A DNA stretch of 64,000 nucleotides from Elusimicrobiota bacterium (lineage in GTDB: Bacteria; Elusimicrobiota; Elusimicrobia; UBA1565; UBA9628). Under the pieces are notes generated by a model. The model ran no database searches. It was not told where the DNA came from and saw only the letters and a list, made by a program, of their open reading frames with translations. This document shows, one piece after another, positions 20,901 through 29,357 of the stretch (position 1 is the stretch's first letter; each line of letters opens with the position of its first letter). The position numbers and the translations under genes were made by a program. The DNA lies in the NCBI GenBank assembly GCA_027319565.1, contig DAHVNA010000001.1:139526-203525 (forward strand). Reading direction: 5' to 3'.

Positions 20901-21213
20901 AGCCGCCTATCTTATTAAGCGTTATCCCCATCGCGCCGTTTTAATTAATGGGTATACCGACAATGTGCCAATCCATGACGCGTCGTTTAAAAACAACCAA
21001 CAGCTTTCAAAAGCGCGGGCCGAGGCCGTAATGAAGTTCTTGGCCTTTAAGGCGAATATTCCCGCCTCTCGGATGAAAGCCCAGGGCTTTGGGGATAAAA
21101 ATCCTATCGCCTCTAACGACGATCCCGAGGGCCGGCAAAAGAACCGCCGCGTGGAAATTGTTTTGACCAGCAATACCCATCGATCTCATGCGACTAAGGA
21201 GGAGAATCAATGA
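17914..21213 (+). CDS. Periplasmic protein with eight FlgD/CHU_C-like Ig repeats and C-terminal OmpA/MotB peptidoglycan-binding domain
   Basis: Eight FSP...WxG...DGxY...D.AGN units; VLFDSGK, GYTDNVPI, LSKARA, NRRVEI. Confidence 0.88.
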   Translation: MMNGRNFISSGVVHKSIYNPSPRQVLSRGPASLWVWIPATAGMTKMQNVSKNWRLYARGKWLAIFFFLIAFLWPRNLHAKSSPLEPPSLIFSPAGNGSRKTLSFVVNLPETAEVSSWRFEIREKGNKDLPGALVKAFSGDGRPPQKIVWDGKDTQNRVVEDGTYYYSLSLQTPAGNQAAIRLSPVIVDRVPPTISAKVHPRIFSPNGLKPETVFTLKASDQYGIYEWLLEIKGSDGVPVKSWMGKGRPPAAVRWDGRGDFNEDVPNGTYTFQLTVENLASNRAVTPPQTVTVKRQGVVSTVGVTPDVFSPHKEKPIASFDITGGDPSSVERWELKIINQAGRPVFSFKGNGAPPARLDWNGDISKDKTAPDGAYQVILYETDNAGNTAASAPEPLYVDTKPPLLEARLEPDLLSPGKQRENSQGIFKLRAESRYPFKWALKIYTDVGEPVRTWSGKMGSRVPNQILWHGNNDSGQIVTDGTYSYSLWASDIAGNEGETPRQKFVVNTTPPALSVSADHALFSPNGDPTLSHVVFSLSAQDASPFASWALLINDSSGNLVREFTGSPLNIPESVSWNGKSKDREPLPDGTYSYALEAKDIAGNSAKTSPQNIVIGATKPIPRVSSSLDAISPNADGFKDTTDFHLSVKSFNPVEKWFLRIFDEDKVARRTFEGQGDVPGTIQWGGEGDDQKTLPDGRYSYQLEVVDAAGNTSKTRLKSILINTTPPTIKITADPALFSPKPTAPHFSSSTMFVLGYQDVSPVMRWKVIIQDPMKNNVRVFSGNSSFPRSISWYGRSSSRKILPDGPYTYTLFAEDDVGNKSTTSEQILRLDGSSPQVSLRADPTLFSPGTGSQKNETTLLLGYKAKADISKWKLSIDLKKGEVARVFSGLGRPPQNIPWDGKNAYGRILPDGTYDAFLKVIDEVGNEGLSPAAKITIDTSKPVATVVAQTEQLEDLSVPLTVTKDADKDIVISLASEVLFDSGKSTLKDAADNTLLRAAYLIKRYPHRAVLINGYTDNVPIHDASFKNNQQLSKARAEAVMKFLAFKANIPASRMKAQGFGDKNPIASNDDPEGRQKNRRVEIVLTSNTHRSHATKEENQ
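17939..18086. mobile_element. MITE/REP-like palindromic element inserted in frame in the 5' end of the Ig/OmpA gene
   Basis: CTAG at 17939 and 18083 (144 bp apart), weak terminal inverted similarity, internal CGTCACCCCGGC..GCCGGGGTCCA and TGGATTCCGGC..GCCGGAATGACG hairpins (17972-18045). Confidence 0.7.
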
Positions 21214-21824
21214 TTCATATTAATTTTTTGGAAATTCTAAAAACGAGTTTTACCCTGGTCATATTGCTTTTTTGCTCCTTGGTGACCATGACTTTCGCCA
21301 TTGAGAGATGGTGGTATTACCGCTCGGTCAGAATCGACGTCGAAAAATTCATGACGGCAATCAAAGAATTTTTGGAGGCCCACAAACACGCGGAAGCCCT
21401 CAATCTCGCGTCGAATTCTCCGGGGCCTGTCGCGGCAATAGTCCGCATCGCCCTTTTAAATCGCAGTCGCCCTAAAAGCGAGGCCGCCGCCCTTTTAAGC
21501 GCCGCGCAGATTGATGAAAGGGGAAAACTGGAGCGTTATCTCGGCATTTTGGGAACCATGGGAAATACCGCGCCGTTTATTGGCCTCTTTGGAACCGTGG
21601 TGGGAATTATTAAGGCTTTTCATGATTTGGCTCTTTCCGGATCGGGAGGGCCTTCGGTCGTCGCTGCGGGAATCGCGGAAGCGCTGGTGGCGACGGCCAG
21701 CGGGCTTGCGGTCGCTATTCCATCGGCGATGCTCTATAACTATTTTGTCAAAAAGGTCAAGGATATCGCTTCTGACATGGAAGCTTCCTCGATTCGGATT
21801 CTAGTTTATTTGGGGCTTAGCTGA
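21210..21824 (+). CDS. MotA/TolQ/ExbB proton channel protein
   Basis: APFIGLFGTVVGII, GIAEALVATASGLAVAIP. Confidence 0.95.
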   Translation: MIHINFLEILKTSFTLVILLFCSLVTMTFAIERWWYYRSVRIDVEKFMTAIKEFLEAHKHAEALNLASNSPGPVAAIVRIALLNRSRPKSEAAALLSAAQIDERGKLERYLGILGTMGNTAPFIGLFGTVVGIIKAFHDLALSGSGGPSVVAAGIAEALVATASGLAVAIPSAMLYNYFVKKVKDIASDMEASSIRILVYLGLS

Positions 21825-22240
21825 TGCAGACCGGTTCTTCAAACAACTCGATTATCACCGACATCAATGTAACTCCCTTGGTCGACGTCTGCTTGGTTTT
21901 AGTGATTATTTTCATGGTGGTAGCGCCGCTGGCGATGCAGGCTTCCATTGAAGTCGCTTCTACCCGGGTCGGAGCGCCCAAAGCTCGGGCGGCTTTGACC
22001 AAGAATGTCGACGTGGTTTTGGACGCGCGGGGAACGGTCACGATTAATGGAACTCCGGTGGCTTGGGAGAATCTGCCCCAGGCGTTGAGAAAGGCGATTT
22101 CCCGTAGCCAGGATCGCTTGGTCGGGCTTAAGGCTTCTCCCAAGGCGCCTTTAGGCAAGGTGGTTGAGATTTTAGATGATTCCAAACAGAACGGCGCTAA
22201 AAAAGTAGCCTTGATCAATCCCAAAGAAGGAGGAAGTTGA
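21824..22240 (+). CDS. ExbD/TolR family protein (copy 1)
   Basis: INVTPLVDVCLVLVIIFMV with the conserved Asp. Confidence 0.95.
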   Translation: MQTGSSNNSIITDINVTPLVDVCLVLVIIFMVVAPLAMQASIEVASTRVGAPKARAALTKNVDVVLDARGTVTINGTPVAWENLPQALRKAISRSQDRLVGLKASPKAPLGKVVEILDDSKQNGAKKVALINPKEGGS

Positions 22241-22659
22241 TGGCGATAGGGCAAGGAAAGTCGGGCGAGCCGATTACCTCGATTAACATCACGCCCTTAG
22301 TGGATGTCAGCCTTGTTTTGGTCATTATTTTTATGGTCGCCGCGCCGCTTTTAACACAGCCGATTTTGCCGGTTCAGCTTCCTAAAGCCGTGACGGATGA
22401 GGGAAAGGAAAGAGAAAATATCACGATTACGATTACCAAGGACGGCCAATGGGCGCTCAATGCCGATCCGACGACTCCTGAAACTCTTCCCTCGGTTTTG
22501 CCCTCGCTTTTGGCGAAAAATAAAGATAAATACGTGATCATCCGGGCGGATGCCGATTCTCCCTATTCCTACACTTTGGAAGCGCTTAAAATCGCGAAAG
22601 CGGCCGGGGCCAAGGATTATGCGGTGGCGACAGTCGAGAAAAAGAGAGTATCTCCGTGA
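22237..22659 (+). CDS. ExbD/TolR family protein (copy 2)
   Basis: INITPLVDVSLVLVIIFMV, IRADADSPY. Confidence 0.95.
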   Translation: MMAIGQGKSGEPITSINITPLVDVSLVLVIIFMVAAPLLTQPILPVQLPKAVTDEGKERENITITITKDGQWALNADPTTPETLPSVLPSLLAKNKDKYVIIRADADSPYSYTLEALKIAKAAGAKDYAVATVEKKRVSP

Positions 22660-23777
22660 GTAAGGATGCGACTAGGCTTGAGACTTCGGCGGGTTTAGCC
22701 GCCGCTATTCATGCTTCCCTTTTCGGGCTCTATCTTTTGCTCAAAGCAACCGCGCCTACCGAAGAGATGGTGAAGCTAACCCGGGTTGATTTTATCGATG
22801 AAATTCCCCAAGCCGCGCCTACTACTTCTGCCAATCCCGGTCGGCTTGAACGCGCGCCCAAAAGCTTCAAGGATTTTCTTCATATGGCCCTTCCCTCGTT
22901 TCACGCTCCAAGCCCGCCCCAAGCCAAGTTGGAAGAAATGCAAACCAGCCCCGCTTTAAACTCGCCCAAAGAGACTTTGCCTTCTCCCCGTATCACGCTT
23001 AAAACCAGCGCTAATTCCGTTCATATGAATTTTCGCTTTGCGCCCGCTCATTTAAAATCGGCGGATTCGCATTTGTCGGATATCTCTTCCCCGCAAGCAG
23101 TTCCACAAGAAACGCCCCAAGACATGCCAAATTCAAAGCCGATTGCGTTAGAGGCGGTTGGAAAGGTCAAGGTTTCAGGGCAAATTCATTTTAATCAAGC
23201 GGCGCATTTTAAGAGTTCGGATCAAATACGAGATTTGCCTCAGGAAAATTTGGCGGCCTCGGGACCCGCGGCGCTGGAAGATTCTCAGCCCGGGGCGATT
23301 CAATTAAATTCCAGCTATCACGCGGCAAGCAGATCCGCCTTGCCTTCCGGCGGAGACTTGCCCATCGGCTATGATAAAGGAATTTCCTTGAAAGAGGGGG
23401 CGGTTCATCCCGCGGGAGCGAATTTGCCGCAAGCTTCTCTTGCGCCTGCCGCGACAAAACCGGGCAAGCTTAAAAGCGTCAATCATAAAGGCATGGAGAT
23501 TAGCGGTCCCTTGGCGGACCGGAAGATTTTAAAAGCGGCGGCGCCGCGCTATCCCAATTGGGCGAAAAGCCAAGGAGTGGAAGCCGATGTCATCGTCCGT
23601 TTTTATGTTTCGCCCGAGGGGCGGGTTTTAGACCGAATGATTATCGAAAGGACCTCGGGATACCAAAGGCTTGATGAACTGTGCAAAAAAACTCTCAAGA
23701 AAATGCTTTTTGCCCCGCTTGAAAAAGGCGATCAGGTCGAATGGGGGTATATCACCTTTCATTTCAAATTAAAATGA
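22656..23777 (+). CDS. TonB family energy transducer
   Basis: TM with His (AAAIHASL), Pro/Ala/Ser linker, PRYPNWA..GVEADV..F.V...G.V, SGYQRLD, terminal FKLK. Confidence 0.88.
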   Translation: MSKDATRLETSAGLAAAIHASLFGLYLLLKATAPTEEMVKLTRVDFIDEIPQAAPTTSANPGRLERAPKSFKDFLHMALPSFHAPSPPQAKLEEMQTSPALNSPKETLPSPRITLKTSANSVHMNFRFAPAHLKSADSHLSDISSPQAVPQETPQDMPNSKPIALEAVGKVKVSGQIHFNQAAHFKSSDQIRDLPQENLAASGPAALEDSQPGAIQLNSSYHAASRSALPSGGDLPIGYDKGISLKEGAVHPAGANLPQASLAPAATKPGKLKSVNHKGMEISGPLADRKILKAAAPRYPNWAKSQGVEADVIVRFYVSPEGRVLDRMIIERTSGYQRLDELCKKTLKKMLFAPLEKGDQVEWGYITFHFKLK

Positions 23778-23786
23778 GATAAAGCC

Positions 23787-24386
23787 ATGGCTCAAGAAAG
23801 CTCGCAATTGACCTTAAACCGCCGAAGGCGCTATTTTATCGATACGGAAATTCAATTGCCGCTGACCCTGGGTCTTATTTTTATCGCGACGGTTGAGGGA
23901 GTTTTCGTGGGATGGGGGCTCAGCCGGATTATTCATCTTGCCTTTGATTGGCAGAATGCTCGCCAGATTTTAGAATTCTTCGCTTTTCTTGTCATGACTT
24001 TCTTGCCGATGGTCCTCATTAATTTTTGGCTGAGCGCATGGTTTACCCATCGGATGATTGGGCCGCTCTCAAGGGCGCGCAAAGCGCTGTCTTCCGTTGT
24101 AGAGGGAAATTTGGAATGCGAGATTATTCCCAGGGAAGGCGACTTTCTCCGCCATTATCTGGAAGACGTCAACTCGGCCGTGCGGACCTTAAAACGCCTC
24201 ATTTACCGAGATCATCAATACGTTCAGGAAACAGTCGAACTCTTAAACCAGTGCCGCGATAAAATCGAGAGTAGCGGCCTTCCCAGCGAGGCGAAAAACG
24301 ATCTTCAAAAACTCATTTCCCAAGCCAAAAGCCGCCTGAGTATTGTCAATGTCCATTTCGTGCGTCACCGAGGGGATAAGACATGA
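23787..24386 (+). CDS. Two-TM HAMP-like domain membrane protein
   Basis: RRRYFID..IQ, two TM, THRMIGPL..R..V.EGNL...REGD. Confidence 0.7.
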   Translation: MAQESSQLTLNRRRRYFIDTEIQLPLTLGLIFIATVEGVFVGWGLSRIIHLAFDWQNARQILEFFAFLVMTFLPMVLINFWLSAWFTHRMIGPLSRARKALSSVVEGNLECEIIPREGDFLRHYLEDVNSAVRTLKRLIYRDHQYVQETVELLNQCRDKIESSGLPSEAKNDLQKLISQAKSRLSIVNVHFVRHRGDKT

Positions 24387-24763
24387 AAAAAACAGATGAA
24401 GCGGTCTTGATCGTAGATGATGACGATGGCATGCGGGAGTTGGCCGAAGTGATGTGTAAGCAGATGAAGCTTAAAACTTTCTCCGCTTCGGACACCGTCG
24501 CCGCCCGGCGCTATCTTGAAGAAAATATCCCGCGCTTGATTCTTCTCGACATCATGATGCCGGACGGAAACGGCATCGAGTTTTGTCAGTGGATGCGTTC
24601 GCAAGAGGAGTTTAAAAATGTTTCAATTATCGTAACAAGCGCTTTAAAAGAAGAAGAAACGATTCAAGACGCTTTTAAAGTCGGCGCCAATGACTTTTTG
24701 TCAAAGCCCTTCGAGGTGGTGATTTTTATGGAGAAACTGGGACGTTGGATTAAAGATAAATGA
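24383..24763 (+). CDS. Single-domain response regulator
   Basis: IVDDDD, LLDIMMP, TSA, GANDFLSKPF. Confidence 0.95.
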   Translation: MKKTDEAVLIVDDDDGMRELAEVMCKQMKLKTFSASDTVAARRYLEENIPRLILLDIMMPDGNGIEFCQWMRSQEEFKNVSIIVTSALKEEETIQDAFKVGANDFLSKPFEVVIFMEKLGRWIKDK

Positions 24764-25734
24764 GAGCGGCTATTTTAGCTTGTTTGTTTTTTGGAGGCGT
24801 TCTCTTTGCCGCGGCGGATTCTCAAAACGGCGGGAATGCCGCGAGCGGGCAAGGAGTGTTGCCGGAGGTCCTCATCGAAGCCGAGCATAACAAGCCTTTG
24901 CCGTTGTCCAAACCACCCTTGAGTTTTGATGTCAAGGAAGACCAGCCAATCGAAAAGATTCTCAAACAAACGGACCGTTCTTTGATGAATCGTCTTCCTT
25001 CTCAAATACTAAAATCAAACGTCTTTAAGCCAGAGATTTCAGTCAGCTCTCGGGTTATTATTCCGTCCCAGATTTGGATTGTCCGGCCTTGGGCGGGAGA
25101 TTTCGCGCATGTTTTTCACCCGCAAAATATCCTATCAAGCATTCACGCCTTTGAAGATAATCGAAACGAGCGCAAGAAGGCAGTTTGGGAAATGGACGTG
25201 GTCGATGGAGAGGGAAAATCAATCCAGCATTTTTCCGGTTCCGGAGTCGTGCCCAAGCGGATACCCTTTGACGGGAAAGACAAGGATGGAAAATGGATCG
25301 AAGTCGGAGAGACCTACATGGGAGTTCTCAAAAACACCGATTCTCAAGGCAGGATTCATACCGCCTACGGCCGTCCTTTTAAAATAGCGGGGCTCAGCCT
25401 CAAGAATTCTTCCTCTTTTTCTATCGACTTGGACGCGGGAGTTCTTTTTTCCACCTCTTCTGCCGTTCTTGAGTTTTCTCCCTTCGGGCGGGAACTGATT
25501 GTAGAAGCCGCCCAGTTGCTGCAAAGATATTATCCCGGCTTTTCGGTTGCGGCATCTCTTTCGAGCAAACGCTTAAATTCCCAAGAACTTAAAAAAGCCG
25601 TTTCCCTGTGCGCCGAGGAAATCGCAAATAGACTCATTATTTCCTCGTCTAATATCCGAAAGAGTTGGAACCGTCAAGATGCGGGAGGAGAGGGAGTTCT
25701 CGCCATTTCAGTCCAATCCCAGGCTCGGCCGTAA
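24760..25734 (+). CDS. Exported protein with one FlgD-like Ig unit and a degenerate OmpA-like C-terminus
   Basis: Signal peptide; WEMDVVDGEGK..FSGSG.VP..IPFDGKDKDG resembles the repeats of 17914..21213. Confidence 0.6.
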   Translation: MRAAILACLFFGGVLFAAADSQNGGNAASGQGVLPEVLIEAEHNKPLPLSKPPLSFDVKEDQPIEKILKQTDRSLMNRLPSQILKSNVFKPEISVSSRVIIPSQIWIVRPWAGDFAHVFHPQNILSSIHAFEDNRNERKKAVWEMDVVDGEGKSIQHFSGSGVVPKRIPFDGKDKDGKWIEVGETYMGVLKNTDSQGRIHTAYGRPFKIAGLSLKNSSSFSIDLDAGVLFSTSSAVLEFSPFGRELIVEAAQLLQRYYPGFSVAASLSSKRLNSQELKKAVSLCAEEIANRLIISSSNIRKSWNRQDAGGEGVLAISVQSQARP

Positions 25735-25741
25735 GAATCGT

Positions 25742-26374
25742 TTATCTCACTGTGCCGTTTTTTTTGGCTCGCCAAAATTCAAAAAGGCCTGGAAGCAAGG
25801 AAATAAAGATGACGACCAGAATGACCAAATGGATGCGTCGGCCGATGTTGGGGATTAGCCCTGCCAAGGAATAGCCTCCGCCGGCCATGGCGAGAATCCA
25901 AAGAAGGCCGCCGACGATATTGTAAGCGACGAAACGAGAGTAAGGCATTTCAGCCACTCCGGCGACCGCGGGGGCGAAAGTTCTGACAATGGGAATAAAA
26001 CGGGCCAAAACGATGGTTTTCGCTCCATATTGTTCATAAAAATCGTGCGCCCGCCGCAAGTGTTTTTTCTTAAAAAAAAGAGAATCCTCTTTTTGAAAAA
26101 GGCTGTGTCCGGCCTTAAGCCCGATTCCGTATCCGATTTGATCTCCTAAGATGGCGGCGATAGAAGCGGCGATTAAAAGCCAAGAAATAGAGAGTTCTCC
26201 CGTTTTCGCGAAAATTCCGGCCGTGACCAAAAGAGAGTCTCCGGGCAAAAAGAAACCGAAAAAAAGGCCGGTTTCGGCAAACAGGATGAGAGAAATCAGC
26301 GAAATTCCGCCCCAACTGATTAAGGCTTTGACATCATAAATTTCGCGAACGATATGGATAAGCGAGTGGATCAT
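25742..26374 (-). CDS. DedA family membrane protein
   Basis: FAETGLFFGFFLPGDSLL, ARFIPIVRTFAP. Confidence 0.95.
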   Translation of the reverse strand: MIHSLIHIVREIYDVKALISWGGISLISLILFAETGLFFGFFLPGDSLLVTAGIFAKTGELSISWLLIAASIAAILGDQIGYGIGLKAGHSLFQKEDSLFFKKKHLRRAHDFYEQYGAKTIVLARFIPIVRTFAPAVAGVAEMPYSRFVAYNIVGGLLWILAMAGGGYSLAGLIPNIGRRIHLVILVVIFISLLPGLFEFWRAKKNGTVR

Positions 26375-26375
26375 T

Positions 26376-27626
26376 TTAGATGAGAAGTCCTGCGATGGCC
26401 GCGCTTAAAAAGCAGGTTAAAGAACCCGCGATCCAAGCATAAACTCCAAGGCGCGCCAGGTCTTTTCTGCGCTTGGGAGCCAAGACTCCGATTCCTCCGA
26501 TTTGAATTCCGATAGAGAGAAGATTTGAAAAACCGCACAGAGCGTAGGCGGCGATGATTTGAGAGCGCATATCCAAGGCTTGGCGAACAGACAAGATTTT
26601 GGACATATCGGTGTAGGCTACAAATTCATTGAGAATCGTCTTTTCCCCCATTAAAAACCCCACGGTTTTACAATCTTTCCAGGGAACTCCCAATATCCAC
26701 GCAATCGGAGACAAGGCTCGGCCCAAGATGAATTCAAGCCCGATGTCGGGGCGCCCGAAATAGCCGAAGATAATGTGAAGCCCGGCATTAATCATCGCCA
26801 GCATCGCCATGAAGGCAATTAGCATGGCCGCAACGTTGAGCGCGAGTTTGAGCCCGGTCTCGGCTCCGCTTGCCGCCGCTTCCAAGACATTGGAGTCGGT
26901 GTTAGAGTTGAGTTTTGGAATAAAACCGCTGGTTTCCGGGGTTTGGGTCTCAGGAATGATCAGTTTTGAGATGACCAATGAGCCAATGGCGGATAAGACG
27001 CTTGCCGCTAAAAGATGGCCGGCGATATCGGGAATGTAGGCTTTTAAAAGCCCGACATAGGCGATCATGACTCCGCCTGAAATCGTCGCCATTCCAGCCA
27101 CCATCACGCAGAATAACTCGGATTCCGTCATGTTTTCTAGATAGGGTTTGACTAAAAGCGGGGCCTCTGTTTGTCCCATAAAGACGTTGGCGGCGGCGTT
27201 GAGGGTTTCCGCGCCCGAGGTTTTTAAAGCGCGTTTCATGAGATGGGCCATGAGCGAAATTACCCATTGCATAATTCCCAGATAATAAAAAACGGACATC
27301 AGCGAAGAAAGAAAAATAACGCTGGGCAAGACTTGGAAGGCGAAGAAAAATCCGATAGAACCGGATTGCCCCGGCGGAATCGACAGCGCGTTAAAGACAA
27401 ATTTTCCGCCTTCTTCTTGAAAGGCCAAGAGGCTGGTGACCAAATCGTTGACCTTGGCAAAAACCCAGTGTCCGCTTGCGGTCTTTAAAATGAGGAGTGC
27501 GAAAATAAATTGAAGGAAAACCCCCCAGCCGACCACGGCCCAATTAATTTTTTTCCCGCGGCCGCCAAGCAGGCGCGCAAACAACAGCATTGCGATAATG
27601 CCAAAGAAGCTCATCAGCCTAGGCAT
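26376..27626 (-). CDS. NupC/CNT-family nucleoside transporter
   Basis: FFFAFQVLP, ANVFMGQTEAPL, KTILNEFVAY, ALCGFSN. Confidence 0.95.
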   Translation of the reverse strand: MPRLMSFFGIIAMLLFARLLGGRGKKINWAVVGWGVFLQFIFALLILKTASGHWVFAKVNDLVTSLLAFQEEGGKFVFNALSIPPGQSGSIGFFFAFQVLPSVIFLSSLMSVFYYLGIMQWVISLMAHLMKRALKTSGAETLNAAANVFMGQTEAPLLVKPYLENMTESELFCVMVAGMATISGGVMIAYVGLLKAYIPDIAGHLLAASVLSAIGSLVISKLIIPETQTPETSGFIPKLNSNTDSNVLEAAASGAETGLKLALNVAAMLIAFMAMLAMINAGLHIIFGYFGRPDIGLEFILGRALSPIAWILGVPWKDCKTVGFLMGEKTILNEFVAYTDMSKILSVRQALDMRSQIIAAYALCGFSNLLSIGIQIGGIGVLAPKRRKDLARLGVYAWIAGSLTCFLSAAIAGLLI

Positions 27627-29214
27627 GGCTAAAGACCTCGGCTTTAGAATGTTTTGAAAAAGAGAGAGCGAAGAATGTTATGGATAAGAGCGCATATGCC
27701 GCGGAAAACTGATAGGGAATTTGATTGGCCGGATAGGCCAAGGTCCAAGGCCCATACATCGAGCCGTCCGGGGATGCGGAATGAACAATTCCAAAAAATG
27801 AAAAGACAGACAATAGCATGAGATAAAATGAAGAACGCTTGAGCTTCCCATCAATTAATTCCGCCATGAATGCGCCCCAGAGCATCGCGGTCAAGATAAA
27901 TCCGTTTCCAAGGGCCGTAATGACAAGAACTTCGGGCAAGCCTTTTCCGACGGCATTGAGAAGAGTCTGAAATTTTTCCGGGCTAATCCAATCGGGGTTT
28001 GAAATTTTAATTTGTAAAAGCCGCGCTACGGTGGGAAAATAAGAGAAGGCGACGGCCGGGGCATGCCGGGCGGGGCAGGAGAGAAACGCCTGGCAGATGA
28101 TGTCTAAGGCCACGAAAATGAGAATAGGAGCGATGACGGCCCGAGGAATTAATTCGACGATAGCCCCTAAATATCCAAAGATTCCTCCGAGTCCTATGAA
28201 GAGCCCGGTGAGGAGTGTGTATCCATAGCGGCTTCCCATATGCTTATAGGCGGGTTGACCGATATAAGGCGTTGACTGCGCGACCCCGCCGAAAATTCCG
28301 GCAATCAAGGTCGCGACGGCCTCGGTTAGAAGAATATCCCGGGTGTTAAAATTGTCGCCCGCGACTTTTGCGCTTTCAGTGACATTGATTCCCCCGACGA
28401 CGGTCAAAATTCCAAAGGGAAGGGCGATTGGCAGATATCGGAGGGAAGGAATAAAACCATGGACAAATCCCAGTGTCGGGAGCGGAAACCCAAAATGAAA
28501 GGTGATGCTGGGGGGAGAATAATGGCCTCCCACAAGCCCATGCGGAGCCAAGAGATAATAAAGAAAAGTTCCCAGTCCTATCGCGGTTAAAACTCCGGGA
28601 AAATTCCACGGGAGTTTTCTGTGGGCGACCAAGGAATAAAGAATCAACCCCAAGGATAAAACCCCGACTAAGGGCATTCCAAAGACCTCGGCCAAAGGGA
28701 CAAATCCAATTAAGGCAAGGCCGATTCCGGCTAAGGATCCCAAAAGTCCGGCCTGGGGCACCGCTTTTCTGACCCAATCGCCGAAAAACGAAAGAATGAG
28801 CTTTAAAACTCCAATGGAAATCATGGTCGCCATTCCGATTTCCCAGGCTTGAATGGCCGCCGCCTGCGGGGAAAGCCCCTGGTTTTTAAGCGCGATAAAA
28901 GACGGGCCGAGAACCGTCAGGGCGATTCCGATAGTCGAGGGAGTGTCCAAGCCCAAGGGCATGGCGGTGACGGATTCCTTTCCAGTTTTTTTAGCCAGGC
29001 GAAAGGCCATCCAGGTATAGACGAGATCGCCAAAAAGAACGCCCAAAGCCGTTCCCGGAAACATTCTTCCGTAGACGATGTTTTCCGGGAAATGAAATCC
29101 AAAAATCAGGATTCCGGCTAGGAAAGAAAGGACGGTCAGATTGTCGAAAGCAAGGCCGAAAAAACCGTTCAAATCGCCAAGCCCGATTAAATTGCCAACG
29201 GCGTTTCTTTCCAT
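27619..29214 (-). CDS. NCS2/AzgA-like nucleobase permease
   Basis: GDLNGFFGL, TAMPLGLDTP, ESAKVAGD, TPYIGQPAYK; multi-TM. Confidence 0.8.
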   Translation of the reverse strand: MERNAVGNLIGLGDLNGFFGLAFDNLTVLSFLAGILIFGFHFPENIVYGRMFPGTALGVLFGDLVYTWMAFRLAKKTGKESVTAMPLGLDTPSTIGIALTVLGPSFIALKNQGLSPQAAAIQAWEIGMATMISIGVLKLILSFFGDWVRKAVPQAGLLGSLAGIGLALIGFVPLAEVFGMPLVGVLSLGLILYSLVAHRKLPWNFPGVLTAIGLGTFLYYLLAPHGLVGGHYSPPSITFHFGFPLPTLGFVHGFIPSLRYLPIALPFGILTVVGGINVTESAKVAGDNFNTRDILLTEAVATLIAGIFGGVAQSTPYIGQPAYKHMGSRYGYTLLTGLFIGLGGIFGYLGAIVELIPRAVIAPILIFVALDIICQAFLSCPARHAPAVAFSYFPTVARLLQIKISNPDWISPEKFQTLLNAVGKGLPEVLVITALGNGFILTAMLWGAFMAELIDGKLKRSSFYLMLLSVFSFFGIVHSASPDGSMYGPWTLAYPANQIPYQFSAAYALLSITFFALSFSKHSKAEVFSHA

Positions 29215-29285
29215 TGGTAAATTCTACCTGATTTTGAGGGCGGTAACCGAGTTGCTGGCTTGAAAATGTGTTTCCCGTTCTCGGT

Positions 29286-29353
29286 CTAGGCCTTTTGTTG
29301 GCGCGAGTCTGGGCCTTTAGGCCCAGGGAAAAAATGGGCGTTTAGCTTATACT
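29286..29353 (+). promoter_or_regulatory. Double GGCC-box promoter (copy A)
   Basis: CTAGGCCTTTTG (29286), CTGGGCCTTTAGGCCC (29309), TATACT (29348); same spacing as the copy at 57298. Confidence 0.7.
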
Positions 29354-29357
29354 AATA

